From: Hypanus sabinus
Taxonomy: Eukaryota
NCBI RefSeq assembly: GCF_030144855.1
Contig: NC_082735.1
Coordinates: 37,138,001 to 37,202,000, forward strand
DNA length: 64,000 bases
Reading direction: 5' to 3'
The position numbers and the translations under genes are program-made. The notes below the pieces were generated by a model. That model was not told where the DNA came from. It ran no database searches and worked only from the letters and a program-made list of their open reading frames with translations. This document shows, piece by piece, positions 63,020-64,000 of the stretch (positions within the stretch are counted from its first letter, which is position 1; each line of letters starts with the position of its first letter).

Positions 63020-63392
63020 CCATTCTGGCTCCCTTCTTCTGCTTCTCCTCCTCACCTGCCCTCTGGTGCCTCTCCTTCCCTTTCTCCCATCGCCTATTCT
63101 CCTCTCCTATCAGATTCCTTCTTCTTCACCTTTACCTTTCCCATCTATCATCTCCCAGCTTCTCACCTCATCCTCCTCCCTCCCCCACCCCCACCCCCAC
63201 CTACCTACCGCCTCGCGTCATCTGGCTTCACCTATCACCTTCCAGCTTGTACTTCTTTCCCCCCCACCCCCTTATTCTGGCTTCTTCCCCCTTCCTTTCC
63301 AGTGCCGATGAAGCATCTCGGCTGTTTATTCCTTTCCGTAGATGTTGCCTGACCTGCTGAGTTCCTCCAGCATTGTATGTGTGTTATTCTTG
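63020..63392 (+). mobile_element. Penelope-derived terminal fragment (pyrimidine-rich)
   Basis: Similar to the reverse complement of about 19850-20160, ending GCCTGACCTGCTGAGTTCCTCCAGCATT. Confidence 0.65.
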
Positions 63393-64000
63393 CTTTCTAT
63401 ACAGTCAGTCAGGAGGGCGTGTCTTATGCTCCCTAATGAGGAAAGTGATTTTGCTTTCTGTTAGATACTGGTCACAAGACTAAATGCACATACAGAACAA
63501 AGCTTTGAAAGCAGAAGTCTGTGCTGAAGATTTTCAGACCAGTTATACACGAACTGCTTTGTCTCAACAATAGCAAAAATTTCAGGTATGAAAAGAAGAG
63601 TGAATGTTTGGCATAACTCTATTGAAAGCTTTCAGTTGCATGTTGTGCAGGTGCCTCAGGTGCAGCCGTTGTGTTTACCAAATTCAGCCTGTGGTTGTTC
63701 CCGGAAACCAAGTAAAATGCAAGGTTGAGATATACAAAGGTGACGCTGATGGAAGATGGGGTGAGAGAGAGAGCAGCAGAGTAATGCAGTGACAAAGATT
63801 GTGAGTGTGAGGGAAGAGGGCATTGCTAAGCTGAAGAGGAGGGGAGAGAGGGACTGATGGACTGTAGAATAGGGGAGAGGAGATCAAAAGGAGGGGGATC
63901 TTGCAGGTGAAAATATACGAGGTGGAAATGAGAAAGCAGGAATGAGAAGAGGGGAAATACAGATATGGAAAATGTAAAGTTGAATTTGAGAACGTACAGA

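Noticed and set aside
54730-64000. U11 snRNA or TAF12, expected upstream of GMEB1 from human gene order
   Set aside because: No U11-like sequence or TAF12 exon recognised by eye; they may lie outside the window. An Infernal or tBLASTn search would settle it.
1-64000. CRISPR arrays, rRNA, true tRNA genes or prokaryote-type systems
   Set aside because: No regularly spaced repeat-spacer array or intact RNA gene seen; tRNA-like sequences are SINE heads.

Overview
Vertebrate genomic DNA. The repeat landscape (CR1, Penelope, Tc1/Tigger derivatives, tRNA-SINEs) points to a cartilaginous fish, probably a ray; this is an inference. Two minus-strand genes lie in tandem, in the same order as on human chr1p35. 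The first is the complete coding region of GMEB1: 9 coding exons, 54443 to 25904, 1698 nt = 565 aa plus stop, with a SAND/KDWK domain, all GT-AG introns and consistent phases. The second is the 5' part of YTHDF2 (m6A reader): coding exons 1-3 at 9454-9428, 9243-9219 and 4929-4850, continuing past position 1. Each gene starts in a CpG island. The rest is TE-rich intron or intergenic DNA with one N gap, and repeat boundaries are approximate unless TIRs or TSDs are given. I found no new protein-coding system. Best leads: (i) five RCGY half-sites in 40 bp of the GMEB1 promoter, the motif GMEB proteins bind, suggesting autoregulation; (ii) a perfect 62-bp inverted copy bracketing YTHDF2 exon 3; (iii) a spliced out-of-frame uORF overlapping the YTHDF2 start; (iv) a non-autonomous DNA element whose two ends are each hairpin mini-MITEs; (v) a 216-bp solo LTR upstream of GMEB1; (vi) speculative poison-exon candidates in both genes.
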